Positions 18,907 through 28,662 of a DNA stretch of 64,000 nucleotides are shown piece after piece; within the stretch, counting starts at the first letter, position 1, and every line of letters begins with the position of its first letter. The stretch covers positions 160,001-224,000 of the forward strand of contig OZ219917.1 in NCBI GenBank assembly GCA_964291415.2. Direction: 5' to 3'. The translations under genes and the position numbers were made by a program. A model generated the notes under the pieces. The model saw only the letters and a program-made list of their open reading frames with translations. It ran no database searches and was not told the origin of the DNA. Source of the DNA: Alphaproteobacteria bacterium. GTDB taxonomy: Bacteria; Pseudomonadota; Alphaproteobacteria; SP197.

Positions 18907-19874
18907 TCAGTACCCCCTTGCAGGGTCGACGAGATTGGCAAGCGGCTCGCCTCGCACGAAGCGATCGAGATTGTCGAGAAAGACCTCGATGCTCAGCCGG
19001 TCGTAGTCCTGCCAGGTCTGCATGCCGCCCACGTGAGGAGTGATGTGGACGTTCTCCATGTCCCACAGCGGGCTGTCGTGAGGCAGGGGTTCCTGGGCAA
19101 AGACATCGAGGGAGGCCGCGGCCACGTGCCCGGACCGCAGGGCCGGGATCAGGGCATCCTCGTCGATGACCCCGCCCCGCGACATGTTGTGCACGATCAC
19201 GCCCGGCTTGGCGGCAGCAAGCTCAGGCGCGCCGATCAGTCCACGCGTCGCGTCGGTCAGCGGCGTCACGACGATGACGTAATCGGAGAGTGCCAGGACC
19301 TCGCGCAGCCGGTCCGGCCCCACGACCTCCTCGATCCCGTCAGAGGCTGTGGTCGGGCACGCACGCCGTAGACGGTCATGCCCAGGGCGCGGCCGATCCG
19401 GGCGCAGGCCCGGCCGATCCTGCCCAGGCCGACAACGGTCAGCGTACCGCCGGTCGAGCGGATGACGTCGTGGGGCTGCCAGAGATGCTCCCGTTGCTGG
19501 TCGTGGTAGCGGAAGAACCGGCAGTTGACCGCGATCAGGCGGCCGATGGCGAACTGCGCCATCGCCTCGTCCTGCACACCGCCGATGTTGCACACGTCGA
19601 CCGTTTCGGGATCCCAGGGAACGAGATGGTTGATGCCGGCCCCCGAGACATGGATGAATCGCAGCGAAGGTTGCGCCAGCAGGGCCTCGCGCGGATAGGG
19701 CCGGCGTTCGAAGCGCTCGGTGTAGGCCACGTGATGGTCGCCGCGCGCGGCTTCCGGCAGGGCGTCGAAGCTGTCGCAGGTCGTGATGACGGCGTCGGGG
19801 TGGCGTTCGGCGACCGCGCGCGCCACGGTTCCGGGCTGCTCGGTGTGAACAAGAATGCGCAAGGGTTCCGCCAT
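18907..19874 (-). CDS. D-2-hydroxyacid dehydrogenase; 1-nt frameshift at about 19345 (possible sequencing error)
   Basis: VVGLGRIG in one frame; NMSRGGVIDE, LDVFAQEPLP, ITPHVGG, NLVDPARGY in the other. Confidence 0.85.
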
Positions 19875-19973
19875 CCGTGTCTTTCCTCCTGGACGGGCAT
19901 AACCATAGCAGTGCTCCCGTCGTGTGTGTCGAGGGGCACCCGCCGACCCGGCGCGAAGAGTGAGGATGTCTGA

Positions 19974-20984
19974 ATGGCGCGTATCGAGTTTCTCTACCTG
20001 AACCGTCATGACGTCGAGGAGCTCCTGCCCGACGTTTCGGTTGCCATGGAGATCGTGGAACGGGGTCTCGTGGCTCACGGCCGCGGCGATGTCGTGCTGC
20101 CGCCCAAGGCGCACATCCATCTCGACGACCGCTACAACGGCCATTTCAACGTGCTGCCCGGCTACGCCGGCCACATCGACCGTGCCGGGGTGAAGGTGGT
20201 GGGCGACTACGTCGACAACTGGAAACACGGTCTGCCCTCGGAGGTGGCACTCCTGACGCTCTACGAGCCGCGAACCGGCGTCCCGCTGTGCCTGCTCGAC
20301 GCCACCGTGACGACGTGGCTGCGGACCGGCGCGGTGACCGGGATCGGCGTCGACCACCTCGCACGCAAGGACGCAACGATCCTCGCCCACCTGGGCGCGC
20401 GTGGCACCGCGTTCTCCAACATCGCGGCCATTGCAGCGCGACGTCCCCTTGCGGAGGTGCGCATCGCGAGTGCCCGCAGCGAAACCCGCGAGGCGCTCGC
20501 CCGCAAGATCGAGGCCGAGCTGTCGCTGCGGGCCCGCCCCGTCGCATCCGCCCACGCAGCGGCCGATGGCGCCGACATCGTGGTCGAGGCCACGCGCCTG
20601 GAACGGCCCGAGGTCCTCGTGCGCGACGACGTGCTGAAGCCCGGATCGCTTCTGGTCACCTACGGCTGGGTCATGGCGGTCGACCCGGCAAGCGCCACGG
20701 CCTGCGACAAGCTCGTGGTCGACGATTGGCAGCAATGCGCGAAGGGCGGCACCTTCCATTCCCTGATCCGCGATGGTGTCCTGACGCGCGACGCCGTCCA
20801 TGGCGAGATCGGCGAGATCTGTTGCGGCGACAAGCCCGGGCGCACGAATGCGAACGAGCGGATCACCTTCTGGCATCGCGGCTTTGCCATCAGCGATGTC
20901 GTCCTCGGGCACTGGATTCACGAGCGGGCCCTGAAGGAAGGAAGGGGCCAGCGCCTGGTCCTGTGGGACGGTCCCGACGAATGA
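19974..20984 (+). CDS. Ornithine cyclodeaminase/mu-crystallin family protein
   Basis: GVKVV..DN..GLP, LRTGAVT, LGARG, GEIGEI..KPGR. Confidence 0.9.
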   Translation: MARIEFLYLNRHDVEELLPDVSVAMEIVERGLVAHGRGDVVLPPKAHIHLDDRYNGHFNVLPGYAGHIDRAGVKVVGDYVDNWKHGLPSEVALLTLYEPRTGVPLCLLDATVTTWLRTGAVTGIGVDHLARKDATILAHLGARGTAFSNIAAIAARRPLAEVRIASARSETREALARKIEAELSLRARPVASAHAAADGADIVVEATRLERPEVLVRDDVLKPGSLLVTYGWVMAVDPASATACDKLVVDDWQQCAKGGTFHSLIRDGVLTRDAVHGEIGEICCGDKPGRTNANERITFWHRGFAISDVVLGHWIHERALKEGRGQRLVLWDGPDE

Positions 20985-21199
20985 GTCCGACAACGATCCG
21001 CCGGAACGGCGAAGACACCGGTTGTCAGTTCGCGGATTGAGCCAGCCGCCCTTCCCTACGCTCCAGCCGGTGAGCACGGCACGGGCGGCTGCATGACAAG
21101 AGCGCTGCAAGCGGCATTCCTGTCGATGTGGAAACGGGACCCGGGCATCGCCGTGCGCCGCCGGACCTGCACAGACCATGCGGGCAAGAGGGAACAGGA

Positions 21200-21280
21200 A
21201 TGGCACGCATCGATTCTCTCAATCTGAACGATCACATGGTTCTTGCCGGCAACGGAAAAGTTGTCCTGGACCGCCGCAAT
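21200..21280 (+). pseudogene. Decayed copy of the 5' end of the neighbouring cyclodeaminase gene
   Basis: MARIDSLNLNDH..VLAGNGKVVL versus MARIEFLYLNRH..VAHGRGDVVL; the upstream AAGAG..GAATGGC context is also shared with 19956-19980. Confidence 0.6.
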
Positions 21281-21356
21281 CCCCTTGCGGCCAGGCACAC
21301 GACCCCGGGATGATGCTCCCATCGATGCCGCCTTCCCGACCCACTGCGAGGCACGA

Positions 21357-21770
21357 GTGAAGATCCGCCCCTCAACCCTTGGCGACCGCGAGGCGATCAT
21401 TGCGCTGTGGGAACGCGTGTTGCCGGCCAATGCCCCGCACAATGATCCGGCGAAGAGTTTCGACGCAAAGTTCGCGAATGGCGACGATCTGCTGTTCGTC
21501 GCCACGGACTCAGGAACCGTGATCGGCACCGCGATGGCGGGATACGACGGCCATCGGGGGTGGTTGTACTCGGTCGCCGTCCTGCCGGAGTACCGACGGC
21601 GTGGAATCGGCACGGACCTCGTTCTCCGCGCAATCAGTGCATTGCGAGCGGCAGGCTGCGTCAAGGTCAACCTGCAGGTGCGGGCCACCAACGCCGCGGT
21701 TCAGGGATTCTACGAGTCGCTCGGGTTTGACGTCGAGGGGCACGTCAGTATGGGGCTGATCATCCGGTGA
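21357..21770 (+). CDS. GNAT acetyltransferase (YpeA-like)
   Basis: MAGYDGHRGWLYSVAV..RRRGIG..GCVKVNLQVR..FYESLGF. Confidence 0.9.
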   Translation: MKIRPSTLGDREAIIALWERVLPANAPHNDPAKSFDAKFANGDDLLFVATDSGTVIGTAMAGYDGHRGWLYSVAVLPEYRRRGIGTDLVLRAISALRAAGCVKVNLQVRATNAAVQGFYESLGFDVEGHVSMGLIIR

Positions 21771-22985
21771 TCCGTTGCATCACCATGAACCAGACGGGTC
21801 CGTTGCGGCCCGTCCGAAAGCCCGGTCGCCAACGCCCGAACCCGGGAGGCGCCTGCGGGAATGCGGCGATGCCCGCCGGCGGACATGGGAGCAGCAACCC
21901 CATGCCTGTCTCGACCCCTCCATGCATCTTCGGTGGTAGGCTGCCGGACGAAAGGCGGGAACGCGGATCATGACCAGCCTGAATGACAGGGTCGCTGCGG
22001 GCGACATCGTCGTCATCGATGGCGGGATGGGGACCGAGCTCGAGCGTCGCGGTGTGCCCATGCACGCCGAGACCTGGGCGGGCGCGGCGCTGGTCGAGCA
22101 CCCCGACGCCGTGGTCGATGTCCATGCAGATTTCATCCGCGCAGGCGCCGAAGTCATCATCACCAACACGTTCGGCGCCTCGCCTCTCATGCTCGAGGCG
22201 ATGGGCTATGGCGAGCGCGCCGAGGCGATCATCCGCGGTTCGGTCGATCTCGCCAGGCGTGCCCGCGACCGGGTCGGCCGCGACGTGGCCATCGCGGGAT
22301 CGATCTCGACAATGGCGCCGGGCGGAGATCTCTCCCGTCCCGGCAATCGCCAATCCGACGACGAGATTGCCGACAGCCTGGGCCGCATGGCACGGGCCCT
22401 TGCCGACGGCGGCTGCGACCTGATCGCTCTCGAGATGATGCGGGATGCGCGCTGCGCCCCCATCGCCATGCAGTCCGCCAGGGAGACGGGCCTGCCGGTC
22501 TGGCTGGGTCTTGCGTGCACGCGGGAGAAAGACAGCGGCGACCTGGTCGCATTCGATGTTCCGGAAAACCGGTTTGCCGACACCCTGGCGGCGACGCTGC
22601 CCCTCGAGCCGGATCTGGTGTGCGTGATGCACAGCGATGTCGACGTGACGGATGTCGCCATCGATATCGTCAAGCAGCACTGGAACGGGCCGCTCGGCGT
22701 CTACCCCGAATCGGGCTACTTCGAAATGCCGAACTGGCGCTTCGTCGACGTGATCGCGCCCGATGCCCTTGTCGACCGGGCCCATACCTGGGCGGGCCAG
22801 GGCGTGACTCTCTTCGGAGGCTGCTGCGGCCTTGGCCCTGAACACATTGCCGCCCTCGTCGGCGCCCGCAACAGTCTCGAGGCAAGCCGCTCCCGTCGCC
22901 ACGTCTGACTCCGGTTCATGGGTACATGGAAGCGGTCGATCGGCGCACGTGTCTGCTGACACCGGATGTGGCGCCGGTGACTCCG
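21610..22985 (+). repeat. Tandem duplication unit, copy 1 (GNAT 3' end - spacer - HMT - tail)
   Basis: Matches 23675-25075, including the intergenic motifs CGCCAACGCCCGA, ATGCGGCGATGCCCGCCGGCGGACATGGGA and ACCGGATGTGGCGCCGG. Confidence 0.9.
21970..22908 (+). CDS. Homocysteine S-methyltransferase family protein, copy 1
   Basis: IDGGMGTELERRG, FIRAGAEVIITNTF, GGCCGLGPEHI. Confidence 0.92.
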   Translation: MTSLNDRVAAGDIVVIDGGMGTELERRGVPMHAETWAGAALVEHPDAVVDVHADFIRAGAEVIITNTFGASPLMLEAMGYGERAEAIIRGSVDLARRARDRVGRDVAIAGSISTMAPGGDLSRPGNRQSDDEIADSLGRMARALADGGCDLIALEMMRDARCAPIAMQSARETGLPVWLGLACTREKDSGDLVAFDVPENRFADTLAATLPLEPDLVCVMHSDVDVTDVAIDIVKQHWNGPLGVYPESGYFEMPNWRFVDVIAPDALVDRAHTWAGQGVTLFGGCCGLGPEHIAALVGARNSLEASRSRRHV

Positions 22986-23156
22986 TTGCGGTATGGCGTC
23001 CCTGTCCAAAGGCGCGGATCGCCAACGTCCGGCCGCGAACCCGCAAGGTGGAGGCCGCTCGTATGGAGCGGCCTAAAGCCCGGGACGAAGGGCGGGCGAT
23101 TCCAATCGCGTGCCATCCTCTTTAGCATCGGACCCGCAATGCCGGGAGGAACGCTC

Positions 23157-23669
23157 GTGAGCGACACGAAGTATGTCGGCGGCTGCCTGTGCGGGGCGAT
23201 TCGCTACGAGGCGCGTCAGGCACCGGTGTTCACGGTCCTGTGCCACTGTCACATGTGCCAGCAATGGTCGGGAAGCGCCATGCTGGGAACGGCGACATTC
23301 GACCAGGAGGCGGTAGTGTTCACGGCCGGCGAGCCCAGGGTCCACTGGTCGTCCCCGGTCATGGAGCGGGGTTTCTGTGGCGACTGCGGCAGTTCGCTCT
23401 ACACCCGCTACGTGTCCGGCGGCGTGTTGGACGATTTGATCTCCGTCACGCTGGGCACCTTGGACGATCCGGAAATCGCGCCGCCCGACGTGCACTACGG
23501 CGCGGAGGGCGAGCTTTCCTGGATGCGGCGCGACGACGGACTCACCCGCATCCGCATCGATACCGACGATCCGTCCTGCCAGAACGAACTCCTCGAGAAG
23601 CTGCTGCGGCACAACTCGGCGAAGGGGCGAGCGCCGGTCCAAAGTCCCGGAGACGGACCGCCTGAATGA
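23157..23669 (+). CDS. GFA (glutathione-dependent formaldehyde-activating/CENP-V) family protein
   Basis: GGCLCGAIRY, CHCHMCQ, RGFCGDCGSSL. Confidence 0.92.
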   Translation: MSDTKYVGGCLCGAIRYEARQAPVFTVLCHCHMCQQWSGSAMLGTATFDQEAVVFTAGEPRVHWSSPVMERGFCGDCGSSLYTRYVSGGVLDDLISVTLGTLDDPEIAPPDVHYGAEGELSWMRRDDGLTRIRIDTDDPSCQNELLEKLLRHNSAKGRAPVQSPGDGPPE

Positions 23670-23674
23670 ATCGG

Positions 23675-25075
23675 CCGCACCGACAGCGATGCAGAATCGC
23701 CAGTCGATGCGTTGCAAGCGGCAGGCTGCATCAAGGTTAGACTGCAGATGCGGACTGCCAACACCGCAGCGCAGGGGCTCTGTGAGTGGCTCGGCCTTGA
23801 CGCTGAGGCGCGCCTCTTTATGGCGCTGCGCATCCGGTGATCCGTTCAGACGAGGTTGCTGCGGCATACCGTGTCATTTCAAGAAGGTGGAGCGCCAACG
23901 CCCGAGCCCGCGAGGCGCTTCGTCGGCAAGGTCGAGCCACCTCTGAGACCGCGCCCGGCATGCGGCGATGCCCGCCGGCGGACATGGGACCGGCAGGTCC
24001 GAACATGATGCGAGCCTCTCCCATGCGCCTGCCGTGGTAGTCTGCCGAACGACAGGCACGCAAACGCATCATGACCAGCCTTCATGACAGGATCGCTGCG
24101 GGCGACATCGTCGTCATCGACGGCGGGATGGGGACCGAACTCGAGCGTCGCGGTGTGCCCATGCACGCCGAGACCTGGGCGGGCGCGGCGCTGGTCGAGC
24201 ACCCCGACGCCGTGGTCGATGTCCATGCAGATTTCATCCGTGCAGGCGCGGAGGTCATCATCACCAACACGTTCGGCGCTTCGCCTCACATGCTCCAGGC
24301 GATGGGTTATGGCGAGCGCGCCGAGGCGATCATCCGCGGTTCGGTCGATCTCGCCAAGCGGGCGCGCGACCGGGTCGGCCGCGATGTGGCCATCGCCGGA
24401 TCGATCTCGACCATGGCGGCCGGCGGAGATCTCGCCGATCCCGGCAACCGCCATTCCGACGACGAGATTGCCGACAGCCTGGGCCGCATGGCACGGGCCC
24501 TTGCCGACGGCGGTTGCGACCTCATTGCTCTCGAGATGATGCAGGACACGGTCCGCGCCCCCGTTGCCTTGCAGTCCGCCAGGGAAACGGGCCTGCCGGT
24601 CTGGCTGGGCCTCACGTGCACGCACGACAAAGACAGCCGTGATCTGGTCGCGTTCGATTTTCCCGAAAACCGGTTCGCCGACATCCTGGCGGCGACGCTG
24701 CCCCTTGAACCGGATCTGGTGTGCATCATGCACAGCGATGTCGACGTGACGGGCGCCGCCATCGATGCCGTCAAGCAGCACTGGAACGGGCCGCTCGGCG
24801 TCTATCCTGAAGCCGGCTACTTCGAAATGCCGCACTGGCACTTCGTCGACGTGATCGCGCCCGATGCCCTTGTTGCCCGGGCCCACACCTGGGCGGGCCA
24901 GGGCGTGACTGTCTTCGGAGGCTGCTGCGGCCTTGGGCCTGAGCACATTGCCGCCCTTGACGGTGCCCGAGAGAGCCTCGAGGCAAGCCGCTCCCGTCGC
25001 CAAGGCTGATGCCGGTTCATGGGCGCGATGGGCAGGTGCAGGTGTCTGCCGAAACCGGATGTGGCGCCGGGGTCG
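23675..25075 (+). repeat. Tandem duplication unit, copy 2 (starts with a decayed GNAT 3' end at 23675-23840)
   Basis: GCGGCAGGCTGCATCAAGGT..CTGCAGATGCGG..CATCCGGTGATCCGTT matches 21648-21776. Confidence 0.9.
24071..25009 (+). CDS. Homocysteine S-methyltransferase family protein, copy 2
   Basis: Same length (312 aa) and motifs as copy 1; about 34 aa differences by manual count. Confidence 0.92.
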   Translation: MTSLHDRIAAGDIVVIDGGMGTELERRGVPMHAETWAGAALVEHPDAVVDVHADFIRAGAEVIITNTFGASPHMLQAMGYGERAEAIIRGSVDLAKRARDRVGRDVAIAGSISTMAAGGDLADPGNRHSDDEIADSLGRMARALADGGCDLIALEMMQDTVRAPVALQSARETGLPVWLGLTCTHDKDSRDLVAFDFPENRFADILAATLPLEPDLVCIMHSDVDVTGAAIDAVKQHWNGPLGVYPEAGYFEMPHWHFVDVIAPDALVARAHTWAGQGVTVFGGCCGLGPEHIAALDGARESLEASRSRRQG

Positions 25076-25424
25076 CGACGGATTGCCCGGGGGCTATCAC
25101 CACCAGAGGGCGCATTTCGACGTGCAGGCGTCAGGAAGGCAGAGAGGCGGCAGGGCTCGGTCCAGGCCGCTTGCCTCCCAGCGACGGTCTGGAACTGCTG
25201 CGGAATTCCGCCGCGAAACGATGGCCCCTGAAGCGATCGGTTCCCCGACGATGGCCATCTCGTTGCATCGCCATGTCAGGCCCATTTCACGCTCATTTCC
25301 GGCTGCAAGAGAAATCCTGGACGATAACTCACTGTTACATGGCTCTATTCCTTGTCACCTGTGAATCTGGTTTCTGGTTCATTTCCGGGTCATTGCGCGC
25401 TTGTTTCCCCCGGAGTTCGATCTG

Positions 25425-25584
25425 ATGCACCAGGTTGCTGAAGGCCGCGCCAGAGACTGTGCGGGACTCGACATCGACGGGATCGCCAACCGCCTGTCCG
25501 ATTCGTGAATCCCTGGTGAGTTGGCGTACGAGTCCCGTCATCTCGCCCGCCTGGCGGGAGACACATTCACGACCGCAACCGCAT
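25425..25584. repeat. Long imperfect palindrome (possible structured RNA or foldback element)
   Basis: Nested complementary blocks ATGC/GCAT, GGTTGC/GCAACC, CGCCAG/CTGGCG, CGGGACTCG/CGAGTCCCG, CGCCAAC/GTTGGCG, GATTC/GAATC, centred at 25505. Confidence 0.65.
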
Positions 25585-25696
25585 GATGGTGGGTCTGTCG
25601 ACTGCCCATCGGAGGACTTCCTGCATGTTTCGGGCGACGTTGACACCCGACCTGGACTGAACCCACTGTGATCTCGTTGTTCAAGGGAGAGGAGTG

Positions 25697-25881
25697 ATGG
25701 CTGAACTCGGTCTGTGCGGCGATTGCCTCTACTGGCGACAGATGACGCCCGTCCTCACCTTGGGGAATGCCGGCGCTACCCGCCGGCAGTGTTGGAGGGA
25801 GTAACCTCCGATCGCAGCGTGTGGCCGGAGACGCGCGACGATATGGGTTGCGGCGAGTTCGACGACAGGTTCCAGACATAG
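25697..25881 (+). CDS. Small four-Cys protein (about 61 aa), 1-nt frameshift at about 25740; not in the ORF track
   Basis: Strong SD (AAGGGAGAGGAG); MAELGLCGDCLYWR / DDARPHLGECRRYPPAVLEGVTSDRSVWPETRDDMGCGEFDDRFQT*. Confidence 0.65.
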
Positions 25882-25922
25882 GCACCCCGGGCAGAACGAC
25901 CATTTCCTGGACCGCACGGGGC

Positions 25923-25970
25923 TTGACATCGGCGGCATCGGCAACCATACAGTACCACATTGGTCCTGAT
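25923..25970 (+). promoter_or_regulatory. suf promoter with a palindromic putative Rrf2 operator
   Basis: TTGACA at 25923-25928; CAGTACCA-CAT-TGGTCCTG at 25950-25968. Confidence 0.6.
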
Positions 25971-25982
25971 TGGCAGGTGCCC

Positions 25983-26423
25983 ATGATCCGACTGTCCCGA
26001 ATGACCGACTACGGTGTCGTCGTCATGACCTATATGGCGTGGCACGGGAACGAAACACTCTCCGCGCACCAGGTGGCGACGGCCACCGGTCTGCCGGAAG
26101 CCACGGCCGGCAAGCTCCTCAAGCTCTTCGCCCGCGCCGGGCTCCTGAAGAGCCGGCGTGGCGCCCATGGCGGGTACACGTTGACCAGCAGGCCGGAGGA
26201 GATATCCCTTGCCCGCGTCGTCGAGGCCGTCGAGGGACCGATCGCATTGACCTTGTGCGTCGACGACCACCCGGGTCACTGCGATGTCGAATCGCTGTGC
26301 CCCATGCGCGGCGGCTGGAACCAGATCAACACGGCGCTGCGCGATGCCTTCGAAGGGGTGTCCCTTGCCGCCATGACCTCACCCGCCATGTCCCTTGGCG
26401 GGTTCCGGCAACTGGAGGCCTGA
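25983..26423 (+). CDS. SUF system Rrf2-family regulator
   Basis: MIRLSRMTDYG, SRRGAHGGYTL, EGPIALTLC..C....CPMRGGW. Confidence 0.92.
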   Translation: MIRLSRMTDYGVVVMTYMAWHGNETLSAHQVATATGLPEATAGKLLKLFARAGLLKSRRGAHGGYTLTSRPEEISLARVVEAVEGPIALTLCVDDHPGHCDVESLCPMRGGWNQINTALRDAFEGVSLAAMTSPAMSLGGFRQLEA

Positions 26424-26426
26424 GCC

Positions 26427-27887
26427 ATGGCCATCGTCCAGGAAACCATCGATACCGTCCACGAGGCCACCGGCGCCTACAAGCACGGCTTCGTCACCGA
26501 CATCGAGATGGAGCGGGCGCCCGAGGGTCTCTCCGAAGAGACCATCCGCTTCATCTCGGCCAAGAAGGAGGAGCCCGACTGGCTCCTTGAGTGGCGCCTC
26601 GAGGCCTTCCGCCACTGGCTCACCATGACGGAGCCGGTGTGGGCCAAGGTCGGCTATCCGCCGATCGACTACCAGGCGAGCTCCTACTACGCGGCGCCGA
26701 AGTCGGCTGCCGACGGGCCGACGAGCCTCGACGAGGTCGATCCCGAGCTCCTCGAGACCTATGCCAAGCTCGGCATCCCGCTGAAGGAGCAGGAGGTCCT
26801 GTCAGGGGTGCGCAACGTCGCCGTCGACGCCGTCTTCGACAGCGTCTCGGTGGCCACGACATTCCGCGAGCGCCTGGAGAAGGACGGCATCCTCTTCTGC
26901 TCGATCTCGGATGCCGTCAGGGAGCACCCGGACCTGGTCCGCAAGTACCTCGGTTCGGTGGTGCCCGTGACCGACAACTTCTTTGCCACGCTCAATTCGG
27001 CGGTCTTCACCGACGGGTCGTTCTGCTACATCCCGCCCGGCACGCGCTGCCCGATGGAGCTCTCCACCTACTTCCGCATCAACGCCTCCCAGACGGGCCA
27101 GTTCGAGCGCACCCTGGTGATCGCCGACAAGGGGAGCTACGTCAGCTACCTGGAGGGGTGCACCGCGCCGCAGAGGGACGAGAACCAGCTGCACGCCGCC
27201 GTGGTCGAACTGGTGGCGCTGGATGATGCCGAGATCAAGTACTCGACGGTGCAGAACTGGTACCCGGGTGACGCGGAGGGCCGGGGCGGCATCTACAACT
27301 TCGTCACCAAGCGGGGGTTGTGCGAGAAGCGCGCCAGGATCTCGTGGACCCAGGTGGAAACCGGATCCGCCATCACGTGGAAGTATCCCAGCTGCATCCT
27401 CAAGGGTGACGACAGCGTCGGCGAGTTCTACTCCGTCGCCATCACCAACAACCGCCAGCAGGCCGACACCGGAACGAAGATGCTCCATGTCGGCAGGAAC
27501 ACCAGGAGCCGGGTCATCGCCAAGGGCGTGTCCGCCGGCCGTTCGCAGAGCACCTACCGCGGTCGCATCCGCGTCAACCCCATGGCCCACGGCGCCAGGA
27601 ACTACACCCAGTGCGATTCGCTGCTGATCGGCGACGAGTGCGCCGCCCACACCGTTCCCTATATCGAGGCGCGCAACCGGAGCGCCCAGGTCGAGCACGA
27701 GGCCACGACATCGAAGGTGTCGGAGGACCAGCTCTTCTACTGCCGCCAGCGCGGCATCCCGGAAGAGGAAGCGCTCACCCTGATCGTCAACGGCTTCTGC
27801 CGCGAGGTGCTCCAGGAACTGCCGATGGAGTTCGCCGTGGAAGCCCAGAAGCTGGTCGGCATCAGCCTCGAAGGCAGTGTGGGATGA
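26427..27887 (+). CDS. sufB: Fe-S cluster assembly protein SufB
   Basis: [36 protein letters not shown]. Confidence 0.97.
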   Translation: MAIVQETIDTVHEATGAYKHGFVTDIEMERAPEGLSEETIRFISAKKEEPDWLLEWRLEAFRHWLTMTEPVWAKVGYPPIDYQASSYYAAPKSAADGPTSLDEVDPELLETYAKLGIPLKEQEVLSGVRNVAVDAVFDSVSVATTFRERLEKDGILFCSISDAVREHPDLVRKYLGSVVPVTDNFFATLNSAVFTDGSFCYIPPGTRCPMELSTYFRINASQTGQFERTLVIADKGSYVSYLEGCTAPQRDENQLHAAVVELVALDDAEIKYSTVQNWYPGDAEGRGGIYNFVTKRGLCEKRARISWTQVETGSAITWKYPSCILKGDDSVGEFYSVAITNNRQQADTGTKMLHVGRNTRSRVIAKGVSAGRSQSTYRGRIRVNPMAHGARNYTQCDSLLIGDECAAHTVPYIEARNRSAQVEHEATTSKVSEDQLFYCRQRGIPEEEALTLIVNGFCREVLQELPMEFAVEAQKLVGISLEGSVG

Positions 27888-28660
27888 CGATGGAGAAGAA
27901 CGCCGCCATGACCCTGCTTTCCATCGAAGATCTGCGCGTTTCCGTGGACGGCAAGGAGATCCTCAAGGGGATCAACCTCTCCGTCGGCACTGGAGAGGTC
28001 CATGCCATCATGGGCCCCAACGGGTCGGGCAAGTCGACGCTCTCCCATGTGCTCGCGGGCCGCGACGGCTACGAGGTGACGCAAGGCCAGGTTCTCTACA
28101 AGGGAGAGGATCTCCTGGCGATGGAGCCCGAGGAAAGGGCCCAGGCAGGCGTCTTCCTCGCCTTCCAGTATCCGGTGGAGATCCCGGGCGTGCCGACCGT
28201 CAGCTTTCTCAAGCACGCCATGAACTCCGTGCGCAAGGCCAAGGGTGAGAGCGTGCTCGACGCCTTCGAGTTCAAGAAGATCATGGACGCCCGGCTGGCT
28301 GACCTGAGGATCGACAACTCCATGGTGCGCCGCGCGCTCAACGCCGGGTTCTCCGGCGGCGAGAAGAAGCGCATGGAGATTCTCCAGATGGCGTTGCTGG
28401 AACCGGAGTTCACCATCCTCGACGAGACCGATTCCGGACTCGACATCGATGCCCTCAAGGTGGTGGCCGACGGCGTCAATGCCATGCGGTCACCGGATCG
28501 CGCCACGCTGGTCATCACCCACTACCAGCGCCTGCTGAACCACATCGTTCCGGACCGCGTGCACGTTCTTGCCGGCGGCAGGATCGTCAGGAGCGGAGAC
28601 CCGTCGCTCGCCCTCAAGCTCGAGGAGAGCGGATACGGCGACCTGGTGACGGCGGCCTGA
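27884..28660 (+). CDS. sufC: Fe-S cluster assembly ATPase SufC
   Basis: [41 protein letters not shown]. Confidence 0.97.
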   Translation: MTMEKNAAMTLLSIEDLRVSVDGKEILKGINLSVGTGEVHAIMGPNGSGKSTLSHVLAGRDGYEVTQGQVLYKGEDLLAMEPEERAQAGVFLAFQYPVEIPGVPTVSFLKHAMNSVRKAKGESVLDAFEFKKIMDARLADLRIDNSMVRRALNAGFSGGEKKRMEILQMALLEPEFTILDETDSGLDIDALKVVADGVNAMRSPDRATLVITHYQRLLNHIVPDRVHVLAGGRIVRSGDPSLALKLEESGYGDLVTAA

Positions 28661-28662
28661 CC

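Noticed and set aside
19266-21206. 646-aa minus ORF as a fusion protein
   Set aside because: Only the part from 19874 (dehydrogenase N-terminus) is real; the rest is antisense to the cyclodeaminase gene.
21780-21969. SAM or cobalamin riboswitch ahead of the HMT genes
   Set aside because: No SAM-II/SAM-SAH or B12-box consensus recognised; leader similarity is explained by the duplication.
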